Positions 19,692-30,245 of a DNA stretch of 64,000 nt are shown piece after piece. Location: positions 30,068-94,067 of the forward strand of contig CAZEGL010000004.1 of the NCBI GenBank assembly GCA_964512295.1. The letters are read 5' to 3'. The notes below the pieces were generated by a model. The model did not search any database and was not told the origin of the DNA. It saw only the letters and a list, made by a program, of their open reading frames with translations. This DNA comes from an uncultured Muribaculaceae bacterium. GTDB lineage: Bacteria; Bacteroidota; Bacteroidia; Bacteroidales; UBA932. A program made the position numbers and the translations under genes. Numbering within the stretch: position 1 is the first letter of the stretch; the number at the start of each line of letters is the position of its first letter.

Positions 19692-21341
19692 ATGTCCTTC
19701 AAGCCATTAAAAAAAATTCTTCAACACTCTTCTCTACTGGTTGTAACTCTACTGCTTCTTACTGTTACACCCCTACAAAAAGGGCTCTCACAAATTAGAG
19801 AGGGCTCTTCCCCACAGTGTGAACAATCTACTCTACAGCTCTTTCTTAAAGGGGTGGCACAATTCAACCAAGGCAAAAGAGAGGAGGCCCAAAAGAGTTT
19901 TAAGGCACTCCTTGTCAAAGATGGAAGTAACCACGCTACTCTCTACTATCTCTCCCAAATTGCCTATCAATTGGGAGAGTTGAAAGAGGCACGGGAGTAT
20001 ATAGAGAGAGCAGTAGCAATTGCCCCCAACAATGTAGAGTATCTTAAACTCTCTATAGGCTACCTTATTGAAGAGGGGAGTGATTATAAGAGAGCACTTG
20101 CCCTATTGGATCTATTGGAGAGAGAGGAGGGTAGTAGCGAAAACTCAATTTTAATGCGGTTCGACCTCCTCTCCCGTATAGGAAGGGGAGAAGAGGCAAT
20201 AGAGGCTATAGAAAAATTGGAGAGTGAAGTTGGCTCTCCTCGACTCTCTATGATTTTAGGCGATTGGTGGGCAGAGAGGGGAGAGAACTCCAAAGCAGAG
20301 CACTACTTTCTAAGGACACTTGCAGAGGCCCCCAACTATCCCCCTGCAAATTTTGGTCTGGCAGAGATATATAGAGTTGGAGGGAAGTTTGATCTCTACT
20401 TTCGCTACCTCTTCCCATTTCTTGAGGAGAGTAGTGTAGATCCCAAAATGAAGCGGAGCTATATTGGTCAAATAATGGAGAATAGAGGTTTTGTCCAAAC
20501 TTTTCTGCCCCAGATAGACTCAATTTGGAGTTTAACATATGCGGCACACCCGGGCGATACCACAATTGGAAACGGCTATGCAATCTTTTTAGTACAGTCG
20601 GGGAGAGAGAGTGAGGGAGAGGAGATTCTACACAACACCGTAAAACTCTACCCCACCTCACAAGGCGCTGCACACCAATATCTTTCACTACTCTATTTTC
20701 AACAGAGATGGGATAGGCTAATTGAAGAGAGCAACCGAATTTTAGAGATAGAGAGTGAAAACTCCAATTTTTTACAATTTAAAGGGATTGCACAATTGCA
20801 GTTGGGCAATTTAGAGGGCTCTATTGAAACCTTCAAGAGTGTTTTGCGTTATTCAAAAGATAGTACCACCACAGTAAATACCCTAACCACCTTAGGCGAC
20901 CTGCTCTATAGAGCCGAAAAAGAGAGAGAGGCTTTCAAATATTATAAAAAGGCTATAAAAGAAGAGCCTCTAAACCTTCCCGCTCTTAACAACTACGCCT
21001 ACTACCTTTCACTCAAAGGGAGGGAGCTTAGAAAGGCGGCCAAGATGAGTAAACGCACCATTGAAGCAGAGCCCAACAACCCCACATATTTAGATACCTA
21101 CGCATGGATAGAGTATAAATTGGGCAACTACGAAGAGGCAAAAACACACATTAAAAGGGCTCTCCTATTTGGGGGGAAGGAGAATGCCGAAATCCTCAAC
21201 CACTACGCCACTATACTCTTCTCTCTAAAGGAGTACGATATTGCCTATTTCTATTGGGATATGGCAGATAAGATAGACCCTTCTAAAGGGATTGCAGAGA
21301 AGGTAGAGGAGCTGAAAAGGGAGCGCCGTAATAAAAAGTGA
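19692..21341 (+). CDS. Exported TPR-repeat protein
   Basis: Signal peptide from ATG 19692 (ORF track starts at TTG 19671); ALNNYAYYL, YLDTYAWI TPR motifs. Confidence 0.8.
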   Translation: MSFKPLKKILQHSSLLVVTLLLLTVTPLQKGLSQIREGSSPQCEQSTLQLFLKGVAQFNQGKREEAQKSFKALLVKDGSNHATLYYLSQIAYQLGELKEAREYIERAVAIAPNNVEYLKLSIGYLIEEGSDYKRALALLDLLEREEGSSENSILMRFDLLSRIGRGEEAIEAIEKLESEVGSPRLSMILGDWWAERGENSKAEHYFLRTLAEAPNYPPANFGLAEIYRVGGKFDLYFRYLFPFLEESSVDPKMKRSYIGQIMENRGFVQTFLPQIDSIWSLTYAAHPGDTTIGNGYAIFLVQSGRESEGEEILHNTVKLYPTSQGAAHQYLSLLYFQQRWDRLIEESNRILEIESENSNFLQFKGIAQLQLGNLEGSIETFKSVLRYSKDSTTTVNTLTTLGDLLYRAEKEREAFKYYKKAIKEEPLNLPALNNYAYYLSLKGRELRKAAKMSKRTIEAEPNNPTYLDTYAWIEYKLGNYEEAKTHIKRALLFGGKENAEILNHYATILFSLKEYDIAYFYWDMADKIDPSKGIAEKVEELKRERRNKK

Positions 21342-21376
21342 CCACTTAATTTGTAGAGTAAGAGATCGATCTAAAG

Positions 21377-22552
21377 ATGAAGAGAGTTGCATTCATATTT
21401 ATAGCACTACTACTACAAGGGGGGGTGGCTGCCCAAGATTTGGGAGAGAAGCAGGGGGAACGGGAGAGATTGGAGAGAGAGATAGAGCTATTGGATAGAC
21501 AGCTCTCCAACAATAGAAGCGAGCAGCGGACAAGTGTTAAAGAGCTTAACTTCATTCAAAAAAAGATCTCAAACCGTAAACTTCTAATAGTTCAGCTTGA
21601 GAAGGAGCTTAAGAGTATAGAGTTGGAGGGGGTGGCGCGAGAGCGGGAGTTAGACTCCATCAAAAGCAACTTGGAGAGAGTTTTAGAGGGGTATAGCACC
21701 CTTATCTACAACGCCTATAAAAATAGAGACCAAGAGAGTTGGCTACTCTTTATTTTGGCAAGTAGAGATATAAAGCAGGGGTTTAGAAGGTGGGAGTATC
21801 TCAAGAGCTACTCCAACGCAATAAATAGTGTAGCCGACTCCATAATAGCCAAACAGGAGAGGGTTCAGAAGCGAAAAGAGGAGTTGGAGCAGCTCTACTC
21901 TACCTCACTACAGAGAAAAGAGCAGAGAGAGAGTGAAAACCACTCATTGGTAAAAGAGGAGCAGCGCTACAAAACCATTGTTCAAAATCTCTCTAAGCGA
22001 GAGAGGGAGTTTCGCCGCACTATTACCCAAAAACGGGGAGAAGTTGAGCGGCTCAATCGTGAAATAGAGCGTATGCTTGCAGAGGCAACAAGAGAGAGCA
22101 GCCGGGCAGAAGAGGCAGAGATCAAAGCTGCCAGAGTGTTGTCGGGCAACTTTGAGAGCAATAGAGGAAAGCTCCCCTGGCCTGTAGATGAGGGGGTGAT
22201 AATTGAGCCGTTTGGCGAACATAACCACCCTGTTTTCAAACATATTAAGCTCCCCTTCAACAATGGGGTCACTATCTCAACTTCACTTCACGCCCCTGTA
22301 AGAGCCATCTTCGATGGGGTTGTCAAACAGATTATTGTTATGCCGGGCTACAACCAATGTATCTTAATTCAGCACGGGGAGTATTACACATTCTACACAA
22401 AGATAGAGAGCGTAGAGGTGGCTACCGGTTCAAGGGTATCTACCGGCGATATCTTGGGTAGGTTAACAGATAGTGAGGGGAACTCCACAATACATTTTCA
22501 GCTCTGGAGAGGTACCACAAAACAAAATCCCGAAGTTTGGATCTCTAAATAG
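21377..22552 (+). CDS. EnvC-like murein hydrolase activator (coiled coil + degenerate M23)
   Basis: Signal peptide, long coiled coil, GKLPWPV, IQHG.YYT, IHFQLW. Confidence 0.85.
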   Translation: MKRVAFIFIALLLQGGVAAQDLGEKQGERERLEREIELLDRQLSNNRSEQRTSVKELNFIQKKISNRKLLIVQLEKELKSIELEGVARERELDSIKSNLERVLEGYSTLIYNAYKNRDQESWLLFILASRDIKQGFRRWEYLKSYSNAINSVADSIIAKQERVQKRKEELEQLYSTSLQRKEQRESENHSLVKEEQRYKTIVQNLSKREREFRRTITQKRGEVERLNREIERMLAEATRESSRAEEAEIKAARVLSGNFESNRGKLPWPVDEGVIIEPFGEHNHPVFKHIKLPFNNGVTISTSLHAPVRAIFDGVVKQIIVMPGYNQCILIQHGEYYTFYTKIESVEVATGSRVSTGDILGRLTDSEGNSTIHFQLWRGTTKQNPEVWISK

Positions 22553-22557
22553 CACAA

Positions 22558-24255
22558 TCAATAGATAAAGCTACTCCCTCCAATAAACTCCCTCATTACC
22601 GAAGTGGGAGGAATGGCAGCTATCTCTGAGGGTTGCAACTGGCGAATATAGGAGAGAAACTTCAAGAGTCTTATACTCTCTACCGATGCCGGCGAATTGG
22701 CAGGTATTCTCCTTAAAAGCGGCTCTACAAAATATTTGAGCATAGAGAGCTCATATAGCATTGCAGAGTTGAACATTATTTGAGAGTTCTCCTGATAGGG
22801 AAATATATTTTCAATCTCACCCCGTCTCACACTTGGCCATCGTAAGATTGTATCTTCTGCAGAAGCCCCCCTGTAGCTGTTGTCTCTAACAATTCTTCTA
22901 AGCAGACGCGAATCGGATGTAGAGATAGAGTTGTTTTCATCTAAAGCGAGTGAGGTGAGAGCCGAAACATACAATTTATAGATTTTATCGCTCGGAAAAC
23001 CACTTGTTATTAGAGGATTAAGAGCATGAATCCCCTCCATTATCAAAATGTCGTTCTCTCCAAGAGAGAGAAAAGTTCCATCAAACTCCCTTCTCCCCTC
23101 ACTAAAATTAAATTTTGGCAGTTCAACCCTCTCTCCCTCAAAAAGAGCATTTAGCTGCTCTTTAAGAAAATTGATATCCAACGCCTTAATTGTTTCAAAA
23201 TCGAAGTTGCCATCACTATCTAAAGGGGTATCTTCTCTATTTACAAAGTAGTTGTCCATCTCAATTATTACAGGCTGTAGCCCCAACACCTTTGCCTGGA
23301 GTGCCACTCTTTTGGAACTGGTGGTTTTACCGCTCGAAGAGGGGCCGGCAACCAATATCAACTTTATCTTATCGCGCCCTCTATAAATTTCATCGGCAAT
23401 AAGAGAGTATTTCCTTTCGTGTAGAGCTTCCGAAATTTGAATAAGAGAGGCAGCTTTCCCATCTAAAATAGCTTTATTAATTGAACCTACGCTCCTAACT
23501 CCCAATATATTACACCATTGAGCATGCTCTTTAAACACATCGAACAACTTATACTGTATAGGGATATCGGAAAATTTGTAGGGAGAGGTATGAGAGGGCG
23601 ACTTCAACATAAAGCCGCGGCTAAAGAGATCCAAGTCCCACTTTGTAAGAGCGCCGGTAGAGTAGAGAAGAGGCCCGTAGTAGTGATCGGGGTACTCCTC
23701 AATAAAATAGACCGAAGTAAAGAATCTTCCACGCAGCTGATGGAGCAGAGCCTTCTCCTCTCTTCCCGTAGAGCGAAAAAGTTCCAACGCCTCTTCACAC
23801 CTAACCTTCCTCTTTACAAAGGGGAGATCGGCATCTATAATCCCCTGCATCCTATTTTTTAAAGTGTTCAACTCCGCTTCCGATATGGTGGCAGGAAGAG
23901 ATGGTCCCCCATTCTCATTTTTTTTCTTCAACTCTACATACATTCCATTCTGCATATTGTACTCAATAGAGAGAGAGTAATTTTCAAAAATCTCTGAAAC
24001 TGCCTTCTGTAAAACAAAAGAGAGAGATCTAAAGTAGGTTCGTGCTCCATCGGGGTGTGAGTAGTCGATAAATTGGATATTGTGTGAGTCATATATCGGG
24101 TAGGAGAGCTCCTTAAGCTGATTATCTACTATAGCAGCCAAAATAGGCCACTCGGTAACCTTTCCACATCTTTGGGCAAGCTGGGCCAAAGTGGTTCCCG
24201 GCTCACACGAAATCTCTTTCTCTAAGTTTGTACAATATAAATTTATCATCTCCAA
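22558..24255 (-). CDS. Uridine/nucleoside kinase with N-terminal ThrRS-like domain
   Basis: AGPSSSGKTT, MDNYF, EGIHALNP, RLLRRIVRD, REFIGGS. Confidence 0.85.
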   Translation of the reverse strand: MEMINLYCTNLEKEISCEPGTTLAQLAQRCGKVTEWPILAAIVDNQLKELSYPIYDSHNIQFIDYSHPDGARTYFRSLSFVLQKAVSEIFENYSLSIEYNMQNGMYVELKKKNENGGPSLPATISEAELNTLKNRMQGIIDADLPFVKRKVRCEEALELFRSTGREEKALLHQLRGRFFTSVYFIEEYPDHYYGPLLYSTGALTKWDLDLFSRGFMLKSPSHTSPYKFSDIPIQYKLFDVFKEHAQWCNILGVRSVGSINKAILDGKAASLIQISEALHERKYSLIADEIYRGRDKIKLILVAGPSSSGKTTSSKRVALQAKVLGLQPVIIEMDNYFVNREDTPLDSDGNFDFETIKALDINFLKEQLNALFEGERVELPKFNFSEGRREFDGTFLSLGENDILIMEGIHALNPLITSGFPSDKIYKLYVSALTSLALDENNSISTSDSRLLRRIVRDNSYRGASAEDTILRWPSVRRGEIENIFPYQENSQIMFNSAMLYELSMLKYFVEPLLRRIPANSPASVESIRLLKFLSYIRQLQPSEIAAIPPTSVMREFIGGSSFIY

Positions 24256-24278
24256 TTGTTTTTATTCTAATATAAAAA

Positions 24279-27095
24279 TTAAATGTAGGGTCCGGTAACA
24301 GACCCCTTCATATCTCTAAGCGCTTGGGGCGATCCTACCGCCACAATCCTACCTCCCCCCTCTCCTCCCTGGGGGCCCATATCTACTATAATATCGGCAG
24401 CCCTAAGAACATCCAAATTGTGTTCAATAACCACCACACTATTCCCCTTATCTACCAACCGTTGTAGTACTCCCAAAAGTACCTTGACATCTTCAAAATG
24501 GAGGCCGGTGGTGGGTTCGTCTAAGATAAAGAGAGATTTTCCCGTTGAATTTTTAGAGAGCTCTTTTGCCAATTTTACCCGCTGACTCTCTCCTCCACTA
24601 AGTGTGGTAGAGGATTGCCCCAATTTAATATAACCCAATCCAACCTCCTCTAAAGTTTTTAGCTTTCTACAGATAGAGGGAATAGAAGAGAAGAATTTAA
24701 GAGCCTGAGAAACAGTCATATCCAATACTTGAAAAATATTGCGTCCACCATACTTTACAGCAAGCGTTTCGGGGTTATATCTCTTCCCATGACAGAGGTT
24801 GCACTCAATATTTACCGAAGGTAGGAAATTCATCTCTACCACTTTAACTCCTGCTCCTTTACACTCCTCACACCGCCCCCCTTTAGTATTGAATGAGAAT
24901 CTACCCGCTTTAAAACCTCTAATTTTTGCATCGGGGGTCTCTCCAAAAAGCTTTCTAATATCGGAGAAGAGATTTGTATAGGTAGCGGGATTGCTCCTTG
25001 GAGTCCTTCCAATAGGAGATTGATCTACCTCTATCAATTTATCTATATATTCCACCCCTTCAATAGATTTATACGGGAGTGGAGAGTCTAAAGAGCGATA
25101 GAGAATTTTATTTAAAGCGGGCACCAATGTTTCGTTTATTAGGGATGATTTACCACTGCCGCTAACTCCTGCCACCCCAACAAAGCAGCCTAAGGGTATT
25201 GAGAGATCTACACCCTTTAAGTTGTTGCCAGTAGCCCCCTTCAATGTTAAAAAATGGCCATTCCCCACCCTCTTTTCGCTGTTGCTCTCCATACCTCTTA
25301 CCCCTCTAAGCCAATCTAAAGTGTAGGAGCCAATTTTTGAAAGCTCTTTACTACTCAACTCAAAAACCTCTTTTGGGGAGCCCGAAAAGATTAGCTCTCC
25401 ACCCTTATCGCCCGCTCCCCTGCCCAACTCTATAATATGATCGGCAGAGGTAATCGTTTCGCTGTCATGCTCTACCACCATAATTGAGTTACCCTCGTCT
25501 CTTAACCTCTTGAGCGACTCTATCAACTTCCTATTGTCTCTATAGTGTAGCCCAATACTTGGCTCATCTAATATATAGAGCACATTTACCAGCTTGGAAC
25601 CAATCTGGGTAGCCAATCTAATCCTCTGGCTCTCCCCCCCGCTTAAAGTTGCAGTAGCTCTATCTAAGGAGAGATATTCCAACCCCACCTGCAATAGAAA
25701 TCCCAATCTCTCGCGCAGCTCTTTCAAAAGCTCTCGGGCAATAAGAGCTTTTTTTCTCTCTAATCTACCCTCCAACCCCTCCATCCAACTATAGAGTTTA
25801 GATACCTCCATTGCAGAGAGCTCTGCAATTCTCTTCCCATCTACCTTAAAGTTTAACGCCTCTTTTTTTAACCTTGTGCCATTACAGACATCGCAAACCA
25901 CCTCTTCTGTAAAGTGTCGGCTACGATGCTTGAGGTTCTCCTCTTCGTCGCGCTTCTCAATAAGAGAGACAATCCCATCGAATGTAACCATATGAGAGGA
26001 GTATTTGCCTGCAGAGTGGTTGCCGGAAATTCTAATAAGTTCGTCGGAGCCGTAAAGAATCAAATTGAGTGCCTCCTCCGGCAGCTCCTCTATAGGGTCG
26101 TGTAGAGAGAAGTTATATTTTTTTGCTATCCCCTCTATCTGCCTAAATAGAAGAGTATCCCTCATTTCGCCTATAGGTTTGATACCACCTTTTGCAATTG
26201 AGAGAGAGCTGTTGGGTATAATTTTTTCAAGATCGGCTTTCATTAATATACCCAACCCCTTGCATTTGGGACATGCACCCTGCGGAGAGTTGAAAGAGAA
26301 GGAGTGGGGGGCAGGCTCAGGCAAAGAGAGCCCCGATACCGGGCACATCAAATCTTTACTATAGTGCACAACCCTCTCCTCCCCTTGAGTCAAGAGAAGG
26401 TCTAAAGAGCCCTTACCCTGCTGCAGAGCAAGGTTTACAGAGTCTAAAACTCTCCTCTCCTCTTGTGCAGAGGGGACAATCTTATCTATAACAAGCTCTA
26501 TAAAGTGTGAGGAGTAGCGACTAAGCGGCTCAATAGTAGAGAGATCGCAAAGCACCCCATCTACCCTTACCCAATTGAATCCTCTCTTCAATAGAGTCTC
26601 AAAAAGCTCTTTATAGTGCCCCTTCCGCCCTTTAACAAGTGGAGCCATCACAATTGCTTTTTGACCGGAGAACTCTTGAACGATAGAGTCAACAATCTCT
26701 TTTGGAGTGTAACTCACCATCTGCTCACCGGTTACCGGAGAGTAGGCGGTAGAGGCGCGCGCATAGAGCAATCTTAGGAAGTCGTAAATTTCGGTAATGG
26801 TGCCTACCGTAGATCTGGGATTCCTGTTTGTACTCTTCTGTTCAATGGCAATTATAGGGCTTAAACCTGTAATAGACTCAACATCGGGGCGTTCCAGTTG
26901 GCCCATAAATTGTCTTGCATAGGCCGATAGCGTCTCAAAATACCTCCGTTGCCCTTCGGCATAAATTGTATCGAATGCCAACGAAGATTTGCCACTCCCA
27001 CTCAACCCCGTAACCACTACCAACTTATCTCTTGGAATGGTAACATCTATATTTTTAAGGTTGTGCTCCTTAGCTCCGGTAATTTTTATCTGCAT
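24279..27095 (-). CDS. uvrA: Excinuclease ABC subunit A
   Basis: GLSGSGKSSLAFDT, Zn fingers, two LSGGESQR, GVSGSGKSSL. Confidence 0.98.
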   Translation of the reverse strand: MQIKITGAKEHNLKNIDVTIPRDKLVVVTGLSGSGKSSLAFDTIYAEGQRRYFETLSAYARQFMGQLERPDVESITGLSPIIAIEQKSTNRNPRSTVGTITEIYDFLRLLYARASTAYSPVTGEQMVSYTPKEIVDSIVQEFSGQKAIVMAPLVKGRKGHYKELFETLLKRGFNWVRVDGVLCDLSTIEPLSRYSSHFIELVIDKIVPSAQEERRVLDSVNLALQQGKGSLDLLLTQGEERVVHYSKDLMCPVSGLSLPEPAPHSFSFNSPQGACPKCKGLGILMKADLEKIIPNSSLSIAKGGIKPIGEMRDTLLFRQIEGIAKKYNFSLHDPIEELPEEALNLILYGSDELIRISGNHSAGKYSSHMVTFDGIVSLIEKRDEEENLKHRSRHFTEEVVCDVCNGTRLKKEALNFKVDGKRIAELSAMEVSKLYSWMEGLEGRLERKKALIARELLKELRERLGFLLQVGLEYLSLDRATATLSGGESQRIRLATQIGSKLVNVLYILDEPSIGLHYRDNRKLIESLKRLRDEGNSIMVVEHDSETITSADHIIELGRGAGDKGGELIFSGSPKEVFELSSKELSKIGSYTLDWLRGVRGMESNSEKRVGNGHFLTLKGATGNNLKGVDLSIPLGCFVGVAGVSGSGKSSLINETLVPALNKILYRSLDSPLPYKSIEGVEYIDKLIEVDQSPIGRTPRSNPATYTNLFSDIRKLFGETPDAKIRGFKAGRFSFNTKGGRCEECKGAGVKVVEMNFLPSVNIECNLCHGKRYNPETLAVKYGGRNIFQVLDMTVSQALKFFSSIPSICRKLKTLEEVGLGYIKLGQSSTTLSGGESQRVKLAKELSKNSTGKSLFILDEPTTGLHFEDVKVLLGVLQRLVDKGNSVVVIEHNLDVLRAADIIVDMGPQGGEGGGRIVAVGSPQALRDMKGSVTGPYI

Positions 27096-27103
27096 GCTCT
27101 CCC

Positions 27104-27748
27104 CTACTCATATTTTAAAAAAGGGTTGGTTAAAAGTTCATGTGCAATGGTGGTAGAGGGGCCATGACCCGGATAGACCGTGTACTCCTTACCCAATTTT
27201 AACAGTTTGGTAAAGAGGGAGTCCATTAAAACTTCATAATCGCCCCCCGGAAGATCGGTTCTACCTATACTCCCCGCAAAGAGAGAGTCGCCGGTAATAA
27301 CAAATTTTTGATTGGGGTTATAAAGCGAAACTCCCCCCCTACTGTGGCCGGGGGTCTCTATCACCTTTAAGTATGAGTTGCCAAAAGAGAGAGTATCTCC
27401 CTCTTTTAACTCTATAGTCTCTAATGGGGGTTTCTCAATAATATACCCAAAGAGCTCTGCATGACTTTGGGCCCTCTCTAAATGGGGTTTGTCTTCTTTA
27501 TGGATATGAGCTTTAAGCCCCCATTTTTTATATATGAAGCCATTTCCTAAAATATGGTCGAAGTGGCCATGGGTGTTTACCAACAGTTGGGGTTTGAGCC
27601 CCTTCTCTTCTATAAATCGCAAGAGTCTCTGCTCTTCGGCGGCGGAGTGGCAACCGGGATCTACTATAACAGACTCTTTTGTACTATCCCACAAGAGATA
27701 GGTGCATACCCTAAGGTCGTTAAAATAAAAAGTTTTAATCTCTATCAT
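27104..27748 (-). CDS. MBL-fold hydrolase (glyoxalase II-like)
   Basis: THGHFDH, TPGHS, GDSLF..SIGRTD, PGHG. Confidence 0.9.
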   Translation of the reverse strand: MIEIKTFYFNDLRVCTYLLWDSTKESVIVDPGCHSAAEEQRLLRFIEEKGLKPQLLVNTHGHFDHILGNGFIYKKWGLKAHIHKEDKPHLERAQSHAELFGYIIEKPPLETIELKEGDTLSFGNSYLKVIETPGHSRGGVSLYNPNQKFVITGDSLFAGSIGRTDLPGGDYEVLMDSLFTKLLKLGKEYTVYPGHGPSTTIAHELLTNPFLKYE

Positions 27749-27851
27749 TATACATTTTTACGGTGGGGCAAAAAGGCCCTTTCTACAAAAATAGTAAAAG
27801 ATTTTCTTATTTTTGTGAAAGAGAATTTTGTCAATTTGAAGTTAAATAGTT

Positions 27852-28466
27852 ATGCATGTAGCTGTTGCAGGTAATATTGGGAGTGGCAAAACAACCCTCA
27901 CCAAAATCTTATCTAACCATTACAATTGGAGTGCCAAATTTGAGGATGTAGATACCAACCCCTACCTCACCGACTTCTATAACGATATGAGCCGATGGTC
28001 GTTCAACCTTCAAATCTATTTTTTAAAGGAGCGTTTCAAAGGGATTATTGAGATTCTAAATGAGAATCGTCCTGTAATTCAAGATAGAACCATTTATGAA
28101 GATGCCCGAATATTTGCCCCCAATTTGCACAGTATGGGGCTTATGGACAGCCGTGATTTTGACAGCTACACTTCACTTTTTAATCTTATGCTCTCTTTGG
28201 TAAAGCCTCCCGATCTACTAATCTACCTACGCTCTTCAATTCCAAACTTAGTGGCTCAAATAGAGAAGCGTGGCCGCGAATATGAGAGTGGTATAAGAAT
28301 AGATTACCTGTCGGGGCTAAATAAGAGATATGAGGAGTGGATCTCCAACTATACCGACGGTAAACTACTTATAATAGATGTAGATCAGGTAAAATTTGAA
28401 GAGAGTCAAGAGAGTTTAAGCTCTATTACCGGCAAGATAGATGCTCTGCTGCATGGGCTATTTTAA
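27852..28466 (+). CDS. Deoxynucleoside kinase
   Basis: AGNIGSGKTT, QDRTIYED, RGREYE. Confidence 0.92.
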   Translation: MHVAVAGNIGSGKTTLTKILSNHYNWSAKFEDVDTNPYLTDFYNDMSRWSFNLQIYFLKERFKGIIEILNENRPVIQDRTIYEDARIFAPNLHSMGLMDSRDFDSYTSLFNLMLSLVKPPDLLIYLRSSIPNLVAQIEKRGREYESGIRIDYLSGLNKRYEEWISNYTDGKLLIIDVDQVKFEESQESLSSITGKIDALLHGLF

Positions 28467-29450
28467 AAGTCCGGTAAGCTCCCTTATCTGATCTTTGGCT
28501 CTCTTCCAACGGGGAATATCAATTTTGGGTCCAATAACCTCTACCACCTGTGCTGCTACAATTGAACCAACTTCGCCACATAACTTTAGAGAGAGGTTGT
28601 GGGAGTGGGCAAATAGAAATCCTGCGGCATAGATATCTCCCGCACCCGTTGCGTCGATTGTTTTGGCCGGCCACGCCTCTATATAGTGGAACTGCTCTCC
28701 CTGCTGAACCATAGAGCCATTCTTGCCAATCTTCACCACCGCAATATCGCAAAGCTTAGAGAGCTCCTTGGCAGCCTCTTTAGGCTCCTTACCCACAAAT
28801 GCATAGGCCTCTGTTTCGTTTGCAAAGAGAATATCTACATACTCCTCAATAATCTCTTTTAAAAAAGCGCGATTTTGCTCAACCACATTGTAGCTTGCCA
28901 TATCTAAAGAGATAATTAGACCCGCTCTGCGGGCCAGCTCTACCGCTCTCCTCAAAAGACGGTGATTTTGTACTAAGTACCCCTCTATATGAAAGTAGTG
29001 GTATCCTTGAAACTGTTCGGGCGAAAGATCTTCGGGCCCCATCTCAATTGCGGCACCAAGATAGACGGCAAAGGTGCGTTCTGCATTTGGAGCAGTTATA
29101 AAAACCATAGCTCTACCGGAGCCATTGCTTCCAATCGAAAGCGAGGCATCTATTCCATTTCTTAAGAGATCGGAGCGATAGAGGGCCCCCAGTTCATCTT
29201 TCCCCACCTTTCCAATAAAGGCTGAAGGCATACCAAGCACTGCGGCGGCTGTAATAGTATTTGCAGCAGAACCACCCGCAACAAATTGTACATCGCTCTT
29301 TTTAATTCTCTCCCAAATCTCTTCGCTACAGTTGTGATCTACATGGTGCATACTACCAATCGGAAGATTGTACTCATCAAGAAGAGAGTGATCCTCTAAC
29401 AGGGCCAATATATCTGTGAGGGCATTACCTATCCCCAATATAGATTTCAT
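28458..29450 (-). CDS. PfkB-family adenosine/sugar kinase
   Basis: GGSAANT, FANETEA, DATGAGD.YAAGF. Confidence 0.88.
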   Translation of the reverse strand: MKSILGIGNALTDILALLEDHSLLDEYNLPIGSMHHVDHNCSEEIWERIKKSDVQFVAGGSAANTITAAAVLGMPSAFIGKVGKDELGALYRSDLLRNGIDASLSIGSNGSGRAMVFITAPNAERTFAVYLGAAIEMGPEDLSPEQFQGYHYFHIEGYLVQNHRLLRRAVELARRAGLIISLDMASYNVVEQNRAFLKEIIEEYVDILFANETEAYAFVGKEPKEAAKELSKLCDIAVVKIGKNGSMVQQGEQFHYIEAWPAKTIDATGAGDIYAAGFLFAHSHNLSLKLCGEVGSIVAAQVVEVIGPKIDIPRWKRAKDQIRELTGLLK

Positions 29451-29452
29451 AA

Positions 29453-30184
29453 CTAAAGAGCCTCCAAAGCCAATTTAATAGCCTCTTTGGCTAAAACTTC
29501 CATACTATTGACCAATTTTACACCAACCATACTCTCTGTAAGTACAAGTGGAATTTCGGTACATCCCGCTATAATAAAATTTGCTCCCCGCTCCTCTAAA
29601 AGGTGGGCTGCCTTCTGTAGCAATTTGGCCGGCTGCCGGTGAAAACCCGCCTTGACACCCTCTTTGCCATAAATACCCTCCATAACCAACTCCTCCTGCT
29701 CTGTTGAAGTTGGAATCAAAACATTTAGAGAAAATTTTTCTAAAGAGTTTTTATAGAGTTGGGAACGAATTGTTCCTGTTGTGGCAAGCACCCCAACAGA
29801 GGGTTTTTCAACACCGCCCTTTTTAGCCTCCTCTGCAATAAACGACGCTGTTAAATCTAACATATGCAAAATAGGAATTTCTATATGTGGGGTTATCTGT
29901 GGAATATAGTAGTGAGCTGTATTACAAGCAATAAGAATCATATCTGCCCCAGCTCTTTGAAGTAGTTGCGCCCCCTCTATAAGATAAGGTAGTGGCGACT
30001 CTTGGCCATACACTATATGTTTAGTTCTATCGGGGGTGGCGGTATTGCTATTTATAATTGTAGGAATATGCTCCTGATCGCTACGGGCTGGAGTGTTTTT
30101 AACTATTAGTTCATAGAGCGCCAAAGTGGCCTCCGGACCCATACCTCCCAAAATACCAATTCGTTTCATCTTTTTTACAACCAT
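29453..30184 (-). CDS. Aspartate/amino-acid racemase (RacX/YgeA family)
   Basis: GILGGMGP, ACNTAH, GCTEIP. Confidence 0.9.
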   Translation of the reverse strand: MVVKKMKRIGILGGMGPEATLALYELIVKNTPARSDQEHIPTIINSNTATPDRTKHIVYGQESPLPYLIEGAQLLQRAGADMILIACNTAHYYIPQITPHIEIPILHMLDLTASFIAEEAKKGGVEKPSVGVLATTGTIRSQLYKNSLEKFSLNVLIPTSTEQEELVMEGIYGKEGVKAGFHRQPAKLLQKAAHLLEERGANFIIAGCTEIPLVLTESMVGVKLVNSMEVLAKEAIKLALEAL

Positions 30185-30245
30185 ATCACTCTTATTAAAG
30201 CTACTAATATCATAATATATTTGTAGGTTTACAAAAAATTAGACG

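Noticed and set aside
22558-24255. ThrRS-like domain fused to a kinase
   Set aside because: A known, widespread architecture in anaerobes.
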